64,000 nucleotides of DNA from Setoptus koraiensis (GCA_048013815.1 CM106586.1:1922001-1986000), one strand, 5' to 3'; shown: positions 23,547-36,827, counted from the first letter of the stretch. Numbers and translations: made by a program. The notes: generated by a model from the letters alone, not told the origin.

Positions 23547-26022
23547 ATGGCCACCTCATTGTTAGAGGACCCCAAACTGCAATCGGAGAAACTGTTTCAA
23601 TCAGGAGTAAATTTTCTCTATGGTAAAAAGAGCTCCATCAAGAAGGCGATACAATGCTTACAGAGGGCCATCACTATCGTGGACAATGATTACAGGTACT
23701 GGCAGTTCTTAGGTGAAGCCTATTACCAACGAGGAAGCCTCAATCCGGCCATCAATTCATTTAATAAATCAATACAATTGTCACAGGTTAGCCATCTTGA
23801 TGACAACTCAACAAGCAATGATGGAGCACAAGGAGATCACCATGATAACGATACCGTTAATATAAGAGATTACATTTACTCTAAACTTAGAATATCCGAT
23901 ATACGACTCGCTGTCGGCCATCTTGAGGAGGCCTTGCATGGATACAGCCAGGTAACAGATAAAGATTCGCAAAATGTGGCCGCACTGATCGGTTTGGCCA
24001 AGACGCAATTGCAGATGGGCAAGAACCACTTCTACTCTGGTCAGATTAACTTAGGCCACGCCAAGCTCCTGGAAGCGATAAAGCTGTGCCTTAAATCTAT
24101 TCAGCTTCGACCGGACTTATGTATAACTTGGAAATTGGCCTCCGATTGCTGCCTCATACTATACATTAATGGACAATCATATCAATTTGAACATACGCTA
24201 GGTGAGGGATTTTCCGCATTTGGTGGAACAACTTTCGATAGAAGCCATTGCTTGAAATTGTCACAGCGATTCTTATGTCGAGCGCTAACCATTGAAGGCT
24301 ACAGAGAATATCCATGCTTATGGCATAATCTGGGTGTAAGCTTACTACTCAAAAGCACTGATAAGAATTCAACATGTAAACAAAATGAGTCTCTCAAATT
24401 ATCACTTAAGTGTCTCTTGAAAGCCCTCAAGTATGATCCCCAAAGCAGTTCAATAAGGAACACAATAGGAGTTGTTGCTTACCATTTAGGTCAATTTAAT
24501 ACATCGCAACACTTTTTCATCAAAGCCATACAGACCAATCGATCAACAAGCGAGTTACAATTTTCCAATCTAGGCTTGAGTTATCTTTCGCGAGGAGAGT
24601 TTAACATGGCAAGTGCCGCTTTCACTCGATGCCAGGCAGAAGAACCTTTATATATTCGATCATGGATTGGTAAAGCTTTAGTTTGTGATCAATTAGGGGT
24701 GTCCAATTTGTCACTTCTTCACCACTGTAACATTCTAGGAAATCTCTATGAAGCCCAGATTCTTTATGGAACAAAAATGCTTGAACAGGTTGCATCAGAT
24801 CAGACACTGAAAGATATCTGTCTGGCTATTGATTCAGTAGAGAGAGCCACAATCAAGAATCCTCTTTCGGGGATTGCGCTCAACACTCTTGGTTTGTTAT
24901 ATGAGAGGCTAGGTTTTAAACACAAATCTCTCAGGTTACTTTCAGAAGCATGCAAGCTGGACTCTGATTCCAGAATACTAATGAATTATGTACGTCAAAT
25001 CGTCACGAAAGATATCAACATTTGTCCTGTGAATGTTACGTGTCAGCTCAACGACGATGAGAACAGATCTGAAGCAATCAAAAAGGCTGTGCAATCTGCA
25101 TCCGGTTCAAATAGTAGGTATTTGTTGAATATTATCTATTTCCTAATGAACAATCAAGACTACCAGTTAATAGAGGAGAAAGTTACTATGTTGGTGAAGT
25201 TCCTACCGGAAAATGATCTCAAAAGTAAAATATGTTCTCAATTGATACTTGGCATTGCAGCAAGAAACTTGAACGGTGACTTCAAGAGCTACCTCTTTAA
25301 GAATATCTTAGATAGCAAAGAAAGGATAGTATATGAATTGTTACCCAATTTACTCTATCTCATGGTATTTGGAATGAGATTGCGTCAGTTTGAACTAGTC
25401 TCACAAACTTCACCCGACTTAGTACAATTATGTCGAACTAAGACTTTATCTAGCCGAAAAAAATTCGACGATTTTTTCAGGTCTTATGAAGGTTTTTGGG
25501 TCAGAGCGACGATTTTTTGTACGATCTTCACAAAAGAGAATGTAAGTCATCGTGAAATCAAACTATATAAATATGCAAAAAAAAATTATCCAAGTCACTA
25601 ACTAACTATCCAAACTAATCTTCTCTCTCTCCTCCCTGGCACTTTAGACAAAGTTAGTGTGGAATATGGTCCATGCTTATCCCACTTCAGCTCAATTATG
25701 GCTCTTTTGTGGTCTGGACATTTTGTTTCGAAAAAACACTAGTAAAAGCGCCATTCTATGTTTGAAAAAGGCCAGGTCGCTAGGATCAACTATGCCTGAG
25801 ATGCTCATTATATGTGATTCATTGTTGGCTCTGCTGATTGCCAAGGACAAAATTAGGTATCTCAGTCGTGCAGCGGCACTTTCTCCACATGTTTCCACCC
25901 TAAGGCTCGCGATATTAGATAGAAATGTTTGTTTTGATGATGTGATATTCAATTTTGTGATGGATTATATTTGTAAGGAAATAATAAGTACCAACTCTAC
26001 TGTTTGTCCGCCCATTGAATAA
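23547..26022 (+). CDS. TTC37: TTC37/SKI3 (superkiller complex TPR subunit), about 790 aa; exons 23547-25541 and 25648-26022
   Basis: TPR series matching the central part of human TTC37: W..LGEAY..RG....AI.SF.KS..L, AAL.GLA, TWKLASDCC, W.NLG, FIKAIQ, F...QA.EP.Y..SWIGKAL. GTAAGT donor at 25542 and in-frame TTTAG acceptor. Confidence 0.85.
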
Positions 26023-26847
26023 AATGATCAAACCAACCAAAACTAAGGTGACTGTAAACCGAGAGTCGATTTGATCGTCGACTGTAAAACCTACGATTAC
26101 CATTACTATGTGTTGAGATTCCATCAAGAATAGGTAAGTGAAAATCTAAAATCACTTTCATTGTTCCGAGGGGCAGTTCTATTCTCACTAATTTTACATG
26201 TGAGTTACAACTAATTTCTTCCAGATGGTCTCGCAAAGACAACCTGAGATTAGTAAAGCTGTAAACTACATCAAAGTCCCATAGCTCACAACTCACTCAT
26301 GATCGACATCTGTAACATCTGTGACTTGAGTATCTCTAAATATGTCTGTGTCACCAAAAAATCTATGATCGCTCTCTTTATATCATTAGCATGCTGAATG
26401 TTGTATTGTTGAAATCTCACGAGTGTCCGATGGTGAGTCGTGGTTAGATTTCTTTTCTTTCACACGTGGTGCCTCTAATCATAGTTCGTTGAATCTTTTC
26501 AAGTTCTTTCGCTTGGATGAAATTCAATCATTGAACGATACAGCAACTCCATAAAGATTTGTACAAATGAAGATGAAAAAATAACACAGAATTGGCTGAA
26601 AATTCAACACGTATTCTTTACATGGGCAAAAGAACGGCTGAACGTTGGAAATCATTGTCCCTTTTGAGTATAATTTATTAGTTTCAGGTGTTAGACTAGA
26701 TGACTAAGGTAGGCAACTTTTCCTTCATCGATAATTCGATGACTGTGCAGAATTAAATATAAAAATATGTCTCGATATAAAAATCATATCAAAATTTGAT
26801 CGTTTTTTTCAAGTTGGAGTAATGCTCATTGGTGCGTCATTGAAACT

Positions 26848-28776
26848 TTACAATGGTCGGAAGTTAAATCTTGTTGGTCTCTTAGGTTTCTTTTTGGTTC
26901 GATTTGACTTTGGACAGTTATCCATGTTGATGCCAGGCTCTAATTGCAGTTGCTGATACTTTTGTCTGTCGTGACAATCACTGATGGGACAACTTAGAGA
27001 TGTTACTGACGCTGATTTTGTATTATCACAAGAGTTCTTAGATCTTTTTCCATAAGTATACCTGTACGCAAATGCTCCCGTGAAAAGCAGCAATGCAACA
27101 GCGGTGAAGAACAAAATGAGGGTGGTGATTGGTGTCACTAGGCCCACATATTTTTGCAAGAATTTCAATCTAGTCAAGGTGTTATCATCTAATTGGACCT
27201 TTGAGCTGAACCACATTTGAGGTATATAAAAATCACCCGTATCAGCATCATTCCGGGGAGGCAAAATATTAGTGTACTCTTGAGTGAAATTTAAAAGAGA
27301 AACCACTGACCTATAGTGTATATTAAATTGAAGAGCGACTTGCACGCGGACTGGAATATTCAGTGTTGATTCTAGATCTATAAAAAAACCATGGTCGATG
27401 AAATTTGGTTCATTTTCGTCTTCGAGTATATCCAGATAAGGTTTGAGCGATTTGTCCTTGTCTGAGTACAAGAAGTGAGGAAATGACACGGTCAATGGAC
27501 TTCCTTTACGACACGTGTACAAATCCATCATACCATTCGGTGGACATGAGGTGATTTTCGATGACTCATTGGTCAGACAATAGCACCTCTTTGAAGATTG
27601 ATCTGTTATATGGTCGATTGTTCGATAGTCAAAAGTATACTCGTTCGCTATATATCTATCAACTACTAGTCCTTCAAAATCTCGAGTTCCATTGAAAACA
27701 AGCTCAAATGAACGACAAATGTCAGGTAAAAATATGTGTATTCGCCTGGATAGTGTTTCGGTATGGTGTGTTGCTTTATCGAGAGATAGCTCCTCCACCC
27801 TTGAGATATTGATACTGTTTGTTTGTTTGTTTTCTAGCAAATGATTGTAGTTAACAGGCAATCTATACCTGTACCCAGATGATATGATTGAGTCCTCTGA
27901 TGGTGGAAACATGTCCCCGGCAGAGGAGTGATTAAATTGATTGCAAGTGCCCCCTCTTTCCCAGACTTCCAATTCATCTTTTTGGTTGAACTGTTGGACC
28001 AGACCAATTCTTTCGATGGTAGAATGACTACCAGTGAATATTCTTATTCTACCTGAGGATGTACTATTTTGATTATACATCCATCCAAATCTATCAATAT
28101 CCAGTGAATTTGAATCCTTGGCAACTTTCATAAGTTCATCTGGATATCCATCGAACAATAATTGGCTGACATTGTGTTTCAGAAACAGTTTCAGGTCATG
28201 CTCACTAACTATAGGATTTATGAACTCGGCAAATTCGGCATTCAATGTGGTTCCAGCGAGCGGTAAGTTCATGTGATATATTGGCATATCCGTGCTTGTA
28301 GTGCCAGTTTCGTTGTTAACACCACCACCATTAGCAGTGATATTGAGCGTTAGTTCAGGCAGAGGATACCATCTTTTCAGCTGGTCATAAACAACTGTGC
28401 TATTGCTTGATTCAAAAGTAATATTGACTTTCTCGCGCTCTTGCCTGAAAGTAAACGGTCCTATCGCTTTCAGTTTTATGCGCCTGGTGTGTTGATTGTC
28501 TCTATCAGATTGGGGCTTATGAGTGGAAGATGCGATACTTGAAATGATCTCTTCATAGTTTGTTATATTATAAATATAGAATCTATCTATTATTGGCACT
28601 GGATTCAGACGCCAACCATCATAGCTTCCGGAATCGGGTGAAATAATTAGTTGATTTCTTATGAATTGACCGATCATGAGAGGAAGACAAAAATATATAG
28701 CAGTTCCTGAGAATATGATTATAAATGATGCGCTAAGTAAAAGAATGAACTTGACATTATATAATAAAACAGCCAT
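26848..28776 (-). CDS. Class B scavenger receptor (CD36/SCARB1/LIMP-2 family), 642 aa, intronless
   Basis: N- and C-terminal TM helices; P.PI...FYIYNITN, GPFTFRQ.REKVNITF, GDMFPP, PDICRS, C...CP.NGMMDL..C..GSP..VSFPHFLY, DLE...N.P. Confidence 0.93.
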   Translation of the reverse strand: MAVLLYNVKFILLLSASFIIIFSGTAIYFCLPLMIGQFIRNQLIISPDSGSYDGWRLNPVPIIDRFYIYNITNYEEIISSIASSTHKPQSDRDNQHTRRIKLKAIGPFTFRQEREKVNITFESSNSTVVYDQLKRWYPLPELTLNITANGGGVNNETGTTSTDMPIYHMNLPLAGTTLNAEFAEFINPIVSEHDLKLFLKHNVSQLLFDGYPDELMKVAKDSNSLDIDRFGWMYNQNSTSSGRIRIFTGSHSTIERIGLVQQFNQKDELEVWERGGTCNQFNHSSAGDMFPPSEDSIISSGYRYRLPVNYNHLLENKQTNSINISRVEELSLDKATHHTETLSRRIHIFLPDICRSFELVFNGTRDFEGLVVDRYIANEYTFDYRTIDHITDQSSKRCYCLTNESSKITSCPPNGMMDLYTCRKGSPLTVSFPHFLYSDKDKSLKPYLDILEDENEPNFIDHGFFIDLESTLNIPVRVQVALQFNIHYRSVVSLLNFTQEYTNILPPRNDADTGDFYIPQMWFSSKVQLDDNTLTRLKFLQKYVGLVTPITTLILFFTAVALLLFTGAFAYRYTYGKRSKNSCDNTKSASVTSLSCPISDCHDRQKYQQLQLEPGINMDNCPKSNRTKKKPKRPTRFNFRPL

Positions 28777-29487
28777 TTTGTTGACTGATCGCTGAATTGA
28801 TGGGTTTAGATCAGTAAAAATTCAATATAATTATGATGAGTTTCAATGAATTCATTCCTATCACTCTGGAGAACAGTTGCTCACAAACAGAAAAATCATT
28901 GTTTTTTGTATCATCCAGTGTAACAGTGTCTAGCTACTATAAATAAAGTAAGCCTCGTCTGGATTGTGAGTTGATTGCGGCCCCTGACTAACAGAGCTGC
29001 TAGATTGAGTTTTTGTCGGAATGATCAACTGAGTCGGATATTCGGAAAGTTTCCTCTCTAACTCTATAAAATTAACTCAGATAATGATTAATGTAAATCT
29101 AATATTAGTTGCTGTATAGTGGTAATAATAGATTCTCGATGGTGATAAGATTCTAGCTGTCGTGGTAACGAACTGAAACATCGAATTGAATGGAACACGA
29201 GCTGGACTGAACAACATTAAGTTGCAATTGATTGCCGATGGATAGCTATGTGAAGTAATTGCTGTGGCGTAATCAGCTATTGATCGAATAATAATACTGA
29301 AAATACATATATAATATAAAATCTAATCTCTTTGCTCATTTGATCTAACAATTAAAATACGAGAGGTTGTCTCGACTGCTGACGATGCATTAATAATCGA
29401 TCTGTATTCTGGCTCCTCAAGTATGTATAAGAATTCCCTCTACTCTTTCTTCGTTCCCTTACTTCTATCCCTTTCTTTCTTGTTCAT

Positions 29488-29526
29488 TGTTATTGTTGTT
29501 GTTGTTGCTGTTGTTGCTGTTGCTGT

Positions 29527-29608
<82 letters not shown>

Positions 29609-29645
29609 ACTGTTGCTGTTGTTGTTGTTGTTGCTGCTGCTGTTG
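29488..29645. repeat. (GTT)n/(GTTGCT)n microsatellite
   Basis: Directly visible tri/hexanucleotide array; it produces the poly-L and poly-VA ORFs in the track. Confidence 0.95.
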
Positions 29646-31044
29646 GTTTCGTTGTTATGGCTGTTGCTTCATACTACCACTGTGCCTCTGCTTTAGCCAA
29701 CAAAATCTACTGAACAGATGTGGTCGAATGCGCACAGTTCGTTCTAAATGCAAAAATTTGTGCTTGTTCGATTAGTAGCAACCCGTTACATGTGAGTGCA
29801 CAATCCGTCCATCGAACACGTTGTGCCATATCTATGCTTTCGTCACAAAGAACCTGTTATTGTGCCATGGCAAGGCGCTAACTTTTCGCCTTCGCTACTT
29901 TAGCTCCATTTGACTAAGCGTTGCGCTGTTTGAATTGTTGACGTCTAGCCAAAATACAGGCTTATTTGCAATAATAATAACTATTTGTCATTAATATCAA
30001 TACGATTTTATCAGCTATAACTAATGTACATAAACTCATCTCATTATATATAAGAATGACTGTGTTTGCCATTTGAACATCGACACCAAACACTACTGCT
30101 GGAATACAGCTAGCTTAGAGTAGGATTTCATTTGTATGGATTCCATGCCATATAACATCTCTCAACCTATTCAACTGATCGTAATAGCAGTTCAATTCTC
30201 TCTCTCTTCCTCTTCTGCAAACCTCTCACTATTTTCCATGATGGAGTCATTTAGCCCACCTAGACTCTCACGAATATAGCTAATGTGCACTTGTTTACTC
30301 TTGGACGATTTATGTCCTCTCTTCGCATAATGATTGGAAATAAGACTAGAGCTTCGGGGATTTTACGACTGACTATACTGTGATATGCTCCGTTTGCTTT
30401 CAAGGATTGTGATGTAACAACTTAAAGTCAATGATGTTTATCAGACATGCCGTGCGATATATAACAATTCGACGACCAAGTAGAAAGATTAATTGAATGA
30501 GATAAATTGCATAACAACCACACCAAATCAATATGTTTCTGCAAAGAGCATTGGTCCCTGTAAAGGATCAGGGAAAAACTTGATTGAGGTGCAAAAAGTT
30601 TGAAAGACATTGATTGGTTAGTTAGTCATATTCTACTTTCAAGGTTCATTCCTGTGTGAGTCGTTGTTAGAGTAGTTTCACTTCATTCATAAACAGTACT
30701 GACAAGAGTAAATGAGCGGGCTTCAACTCGTACGTTTCTTTTCACATAATCATGTCTCTGACCACAATTGTTGGTATGATGGGACAACAGAATTACATAA
30801 CAGATTATTAATAAGAACACTTTTCAATTAAACTTAGTGTTAATGACTAAATTTAAACCACAATAAAATGGTATATGAGAAGCACTCTAGAAATAAGACT
30901 ACAATCCTGCAAATTCATGTACAGTATGTAGTTAAATGGCTTAATTTAGATCATGAATACAAACTAGGTACGTGCTAATGTGCAACTGTTTGACCTCAAA
31001 CTTTCCATCATGCCATCAGTCATTCATTCAGAGAAATCAACAAG

Positions 31045-31168
<124 letters not shown>

Positions 31169-31438
31169 AAAGAAACGGCTTAATATTCCTACCGAATAAT
31201 TTAAGCTATAACGATCGTCTTACTAATGGGTGGTTGGACAGGCCTTTTGGCCAGACGAGATTTATAAGTCGAAAACGATGCTACTGCACAGTACAATAGC
31301 TACATGCGGCATGTACTGGATATCCATGAACTGCAAATGTAACCTTTCGCCTGTCAACATCGAAAGCGCTGCAAGAGACTCTTGATAATTTATTTTTCAA
31401 GTTTGTTTTTATTCGTATTATTCATCATAATTATTTTA

Positions 31439-32073
31439 TCATACTCTAGCGACTCCTCTAAATGGTGTTGCTGTTGTTTGTTGTAGATTTGGTATCTTGT
31501 CAAAACCCATCTCTGCAAGCATATCTTGAGTTTCGGGGTCAACCTCAATAGGATCCACATCAATGGCTGAGACCTGTAAGATTTTTGATGAGAAATAGAG
31601 CGAGATCTCTTATTAGTATAATAATTATTTTGACTAATTGGATAATGCATTGTTTAAAATCGGTAAATGGTTTACCTCTGGCACAAAGTTATCTCGGCGC
31701 TCTCTCTCTTCTTCTTGAAGACGGATGGAGATACCACGAACTGGGCCTTTCGAGATACGCTTCATCAAATGTGTGACGAAACCGGCCACCTTGTTCCTCA
31801 ATTTCTTCGTGGGAATAGTAGCAATTTCATCGCAAATCCTTTTATTTGTGTGGAAGTCAAGTGTGAGCCTAGTGTAGTACTTTTCGATCATGATCTTCGA
31901 GGCCTTCTTTACCGTTTTTGTTCTTACTCTTCCCTGTTAATAGTGGGGCCATAATTATTGGTGAAAGGGAGAAATGTGAATTAGTTATGTTAGTTGCAAG
32001 ATATGATTCAAATAAGCTTTCAGGGGCTGTGCCAATGTGGTCAGAGGGAGCTCGGGCCAGATTCTCTTACCAT
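31439..32073 (-). CDS. RPS17: 40S ribosomal protein S17 (eS17); exons 32073-32071 (ATG only), 31933-31676, 31573-31439
   Basis: M|[86 protein letters not shown]|[19 protein letters not shown]; canonical GT-AG introns. Confidence 0.97.
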
Positions 32074-33165
32074 GATGGTATTTCGCTGGTGTTCCTAATA
32101 TAGATAGTACAAACAGAAATGTCCAACAAGACGCCGATATCTAGAATATTTCTAGGAAGATAGCTGCGGATAATAATAATTGTATACGGTTTTGTATCAA
32201 TAGTTATAATAAGGATGCTTGAGATGGTGATGTGCACGGTGCCTGCAGTGCATTAGGAGAATCAAATTATTAGCTGCCGGTCGAGTATGGAGAGAACGAG
32301 GGACTTTACAGGATGTGTTTGAGGTTGGCGTGGTGTGGGCATCTGCAAAGTATTGTGCACAGAGCGGCTACGTAAATGTTTGTGCTGCCTGTAAAATGCA
32401 TCAAACGAGCGCCATCTGTATTCTACGAAATAAACCTGAAACACATGAAGATTCGTTCTGTCTGCATCTACAACATAGATTGAATCCATCATTTACAATG
32501 AAAACTTATAACGATCCGTTTTCTGTAGAGAGCCTATTCTTCATTCTCGTTTTGCTAACTCCCATCGATCTTTCCCGTGTCTCGCTCTCATGATATTGTA
32601 AAAGGCGCGAATATTCAAACTTGTTTTTTTTTTCTTGAATTATTTGATGCGTATGAATAGTTCATGTCGATATTTAGTTCATTACAAAGATCCAGAGAGA
32701 TTCATTTCGAATGTCTGTTGGCATAGTTTTAGTTGTCTATGGGGACATTCGTAGACATTAAAATTACAATGATAAGCGATATGCAACAAAAATCATGTAA
32801 TAGTAGCAATACAATAACTAACGAGTGTATAAACTTGACCATCCGATATATAGGTTATAGAGTTGTCAATAAGGTGCGCCTTTTCTTATTTTTTCACGTT
32901 AGGTCCGAAAAATCCCGCAAGAGTGAGCCATTACCGCTTTCTTTATACAATCTGTGTTTGTATAGTTGTGTAACAATCTGCATCTTGTTAGTTGGCAACA
33001 GAAGCGCCGACAGCACCTCTAGCGAATATAGTTGAATTGAATGTAGTATTTTTGTAAATTGTTCTATTCTACTGACTGACAAGTGAATAAATGCAAATAG
33101 ATTCACTTTGAGAATGAATGTTCAGGTAACATTCACCATCATCACATTCACTGACAGAGTGTTAT

Positions 33166-33453
33166 TAGTCTATTGCAATATGTGCTCAGCCGCACGATAT
33201 TCGCTTGCGTAGCATCTACAATAGATTGAATCTTACACCACCTATTATTATTATTACTACGAATCCGATTTCATCTAGAATATCTCTTTATTTATTTAAT
33301 AGTTTATTAACCAATAACATGGCCACCAATAATGCAAACAATGTAACATCAGCAACATTCAATGCCCCTAACACACAGCAGCAACATGTAACAACTGGCG
33401 ATAATAACAATCTTTCAGGTGTCCAAAATAGAACAAATCTACCAAATGGTGAA
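33166..33453 (+). repeat. Duplicated 5' module, copy 1 (upstream DNA + codons 1-45 of the BNIP2-like gene); inverted relative to copy 2
   Basis: By-eye alignment to the reverse complement of 38637-38964, including a shared 14-mer CATCTAGAATATCT (33272-33285 vs 38817-38804) and the ATGGCCACCAATAAT start context. Confidence 0.9.
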
Positions 33454-34405
33454 CCACTTTATGAATCATATTTCGAGGATTCATTCGTAAACGAGCTTGA
33501 GGAATGCACCGAAGAAGATGTTGCTGATATCGCACCAGATGAGATTGATGAGGATTGTCAAGATGAGGGGCTCAATCCCTCTACATTGGAATTCGATTTT
33601 GATTCATTTGGTCCAGAATCATTCATATTCACTCCAGGGCCTCGTTATTCCAGCATGAGAAAGAAAGTCTTACCAAATCGTGAGTTACTGTCACAAGAGC
33701 CAGTCACGCCGACCGAAAGTAACGGCCCTGTTAAGCAGATTGACTTAAAAGTTATCGAGCCATATAAAAAGGTTATATCACATGCGGGTTATTGTCATCA
33801 TCACAACAATCCTGCTCTACATAGTTTATCCCCAAGTGAAGGTGGTGAGTTTTCGATTCCAATGATTATTTTCTAGTTACAATATCTTGAACAATTTCAT
33901 CTAACAACATATAATTATTTCTTTTAATTATATTCACTTTTCTATTTTCCATATGATTTTTTATTTCAATCGAATAACAACAGAACCAGCCCCTGCAATA
34001 ATAGTATTCTCGGCGTGCTATCTCCCTGACCGATCTCGAAGGGATTACAGCTATGTGATGGATCATTTGTTTCTTTATGTTTTAACATCACTGCATGAGC
34101 TTGTAGCCGATGATTATATTTTGATATATCTCCATAATTCACGTCCACAGGAAAATAATCTACCAACGTTCAGTTGCTTAAAGAGATGTTATCACATGAT
34201 AGATAGACGTTTGAGGAAGAACCTCAAAGCTCTCTATCTAGTCCAGCCCACTTTTTGGTTGAAAACAATAGTTGTTATGTGCAAACCATTTATTAGTTCC
34301 AAATTCAGTAGGAAGCTGCGCTTTATCGAATCTATTGAGGACCTGAAACAATATTTACCTATCGATCAACTGGTATTTCCACAGAGTACAAGTAGTACGA
34401 CATAG
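33319..34405 (+). CDS. BNIP2/caytaxin/PRUNE2-like BCH (CRAL-TRIO) domain protein; exons 33319-33844 and 33984-34405
   Basis: IDLKVIEPYKKVISHAGY, AIIVFSACYLPD.SR.DY.YVMDHLFLYVLTSL.ELVADDY.LIYLH, LKRCY.MIDRRLRKNLK.LY.V.PTFW, PFISSKFSRKLRFI; acidic N-terminal region; GTGAGT...CAG intron in frame. Confidence 0.92.
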
Positions 34406-36470
34406 TTGGCTGAAAATTCTGCAAATGTGCATTCATAAATAACTCACGATGATATCATTGATAAGATAATAAAATATCATTCAAGGAGAATTTACAAACA
34501 AACAATTTAAATCTCACGTGTTACGCCGAAAATTTCCCTAGAGTGTAATTTGGTTGCTTTAATTGTTGGCCTTACATTTGGCCTTTATGTTTAAACTATG
34601 GCCATTCGGACAGTTTTCGAATACACTACACTACCCTGAAGTATTCAACATTATGATTTTTGTGGCACTGTCTGATTATGGCCAATGCCAATGAAATTTA
34701 AAAGAAGACCAGACCACTTCTGTATCAAAGATGAGAGCCAGACGAACTATCAACATTAAGTGATATAGTAAATATACTGACGGATGGAGTTAGACATGCA
34801 TTGACAGCTCGTTTGCAAATCGAAATTCTCCTAAAAAGGGAGACGTTCAAAGAGAATAAAAGAATAACAATAATAAATCCATATAACTATTCTATATAAA
34901 TACAGCTGCTAACGAATCAACGCGTGCAATTGAGATTGATAAGTTTCAAGTTGAGCTGATTGTAGAAGAGATTGTCGCTTTTTGTTTGCTTATTGTTAAG
35001 TACTTGTGGCAGGTGATACTAGTTAGTTGTTCTAAGCTTGTCACCAAGGCGCAGTAACAATTCTGCAGCAGTGTCTGCCGAGATCGCTATTTCATAATTG
35101 TGAGAAGATCATGTATTGATGATAGCCTGATATTTATTATGAGCAGTATGAAACAGTTCGAAAAAACTGGCAAATCTTTAGATGAAGTAGGCTATTCAAC
35201 TCATGGGTTCAACTCTTTATTTGTATTTCAGTGCTCCGAGCGATAGGTGAATCTTGTAGCTGACCCCAGTCACAATGACCTCTTGTTTGATTGGGGACAT
35301 CTCTTTCTCTCATTTGTTGCAAAGTATTCACTGGTTATTGAACAATCGCGATGCCTTTGATTATACGCGGAATGATGCTTCAAACAATAATCGTCAGAAA
35401 CACCATGATCATCAGGTATGATATAGCATGTCATCAGAGAACAAAAAATAACTCCATCTACAAAGCAAATATTTTCTTAAGCTCCATGGTAGCGCAATCA
35501 ACAAGCAAGGGCCTTCCGCATTTTGGTCTAAATACAAAGAAAATCACTAAACAACCAATTAGTTGCTATTAATTTTATTTTTATCATCCTGATGACCGTA
35601 CATAATTGGTTGTTGCAAAGCTCATCATCACACGCCAAGTCCTCATGTTTATCTCAAACATTTCTGATCGCGATTTAACGTCAATGGTCATTACTTGTTT
35701 TTAGCTTGTCAGTCTAGCTCGTCGGCAGAGTGGCTTATCATCGGCAGAGGATGTGCCATCCTATTCACTCTTACTCTCTTTTTTCTATAATTGCAATAAC
35801 AATACTTGTATACTTGTTTAATCATAATGTTTCTTTGTTATTATTGTTTTTCCCTCCCACTGTCTACAACTCTCAAGATATCACGACACTACTATGTGAC
35901 AGTATACATGTAGTGGCTAGATAGAGGAAGCGGGCCACAACAACAACGACGACGATTAACAACAACTGTGATTAACAGGATTGATTGACTGAGTACTGAA
36001 CACTAAAGTCAATCAAAACATGGAGATATTTATTGCAGTTGTGTATAGTCAAATGTAATCAAAACTAACTATTGGATGAGAAAATGGATGTAGACAATGG
36101 ATTCTTGCAAGTAGACGCCAATTGTTATGCAACAGACCCTACATAATCTTGTTGTCATTGCCATTGGATTGACTATAGTGATCGGTCTCTCCACATTTTG
36201 GCACATATATATAAATACTTGTGACAAACATGAACACAATCTTTTTTTGATGCTTCGCATATCATCATCCTACACACACATACAAATACATAAATGATTG
36301 AGGAAAGATCTATCGAGGGAAGTAGTATCTTCACACTTCCTCAGAATCAACATCAAATTTGCTATTGTGAAGTAGTTGGAAGCAATATGAAAAAAACTAG
36401 TTAACAACAGTTAATTAATAATATGAAACAACAATTCTACAGCATCTCAAGTCATCGGTATATGAGATAC

Positions 36471-36478
36471 TATATAAA
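36471..36478 (+). promoter_or_regulatory. Candidate TATA box for the SIFamide gene
   Basis: TATATAAA about 100 nt upstream of the ATG; the AT-rich background makes this weak. Confidence 0.3.
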
Positions 36479-36575
36479 CATCTATAGAAGAGATAAAGCA
36501 GCACTTGATACTAGCAACATCAACCCAATTAAGGGAAAATCCAAACCCGAAGAGACCTATTACAAAGCTCATTAA

Positions 36576-36827
36576 ATGGCTTTTGTAAGGAGCGGCTTCA
36601 GAAACCACCTACTTATAATCTCATCATTAATTATCATAACTAACTTATTTATGTCAACCTCGCAAGAGAATGCAATGCATACTATCGTATCACCAATCAT
36701 GTTTGCCCACGCAAATCCACTTCCGGAGCCTCGCCCTGCGCCTGCTAGCTCTTCACACAGGAAACCACCATTCAATGGTAGCATATTTGGAAAAAGATCC
36801 GTCGATACTAAAGATTATTATGCCTAG
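36576..36827 (+). CDS. SIFa: SIFamide neuropeptide precursor, 83 aa
   Basis: Hydrophobic signal segment followed by the invariant RKPPFNGSIF, then G (amide donor) and the KR cleavage site. Confidence 0.95.
   Translation: MAFVRSGFRNHLLIISSLIIITNLFMSTSQENAMHTIVSPIMFAHANPLPEPRPAPASSSHRKPPFNGSIFGKRSVDTKDYYA

Noticed and set aside
29423-29713. Poly-Leu and poly-(Val-Ala) ORFs, and poly-Gln on the minus strand
   Set aside because: Translations of the (GTTGCT)n microsatellite; flanking frames close quickly on both strands.
31241-31251. GGCCTTTTGGC, matching U2 snRNA stem I
   Set aside because: Flanks do not continue into the U2 5' end, branch-pairing region or Sm site; an 11-nt chance hairpin.
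32071-32073. RPS17 first coding exon consisting only of ATG
   Set aside because: Real, but a common arrangement in ribosomal protein genes; not novel.
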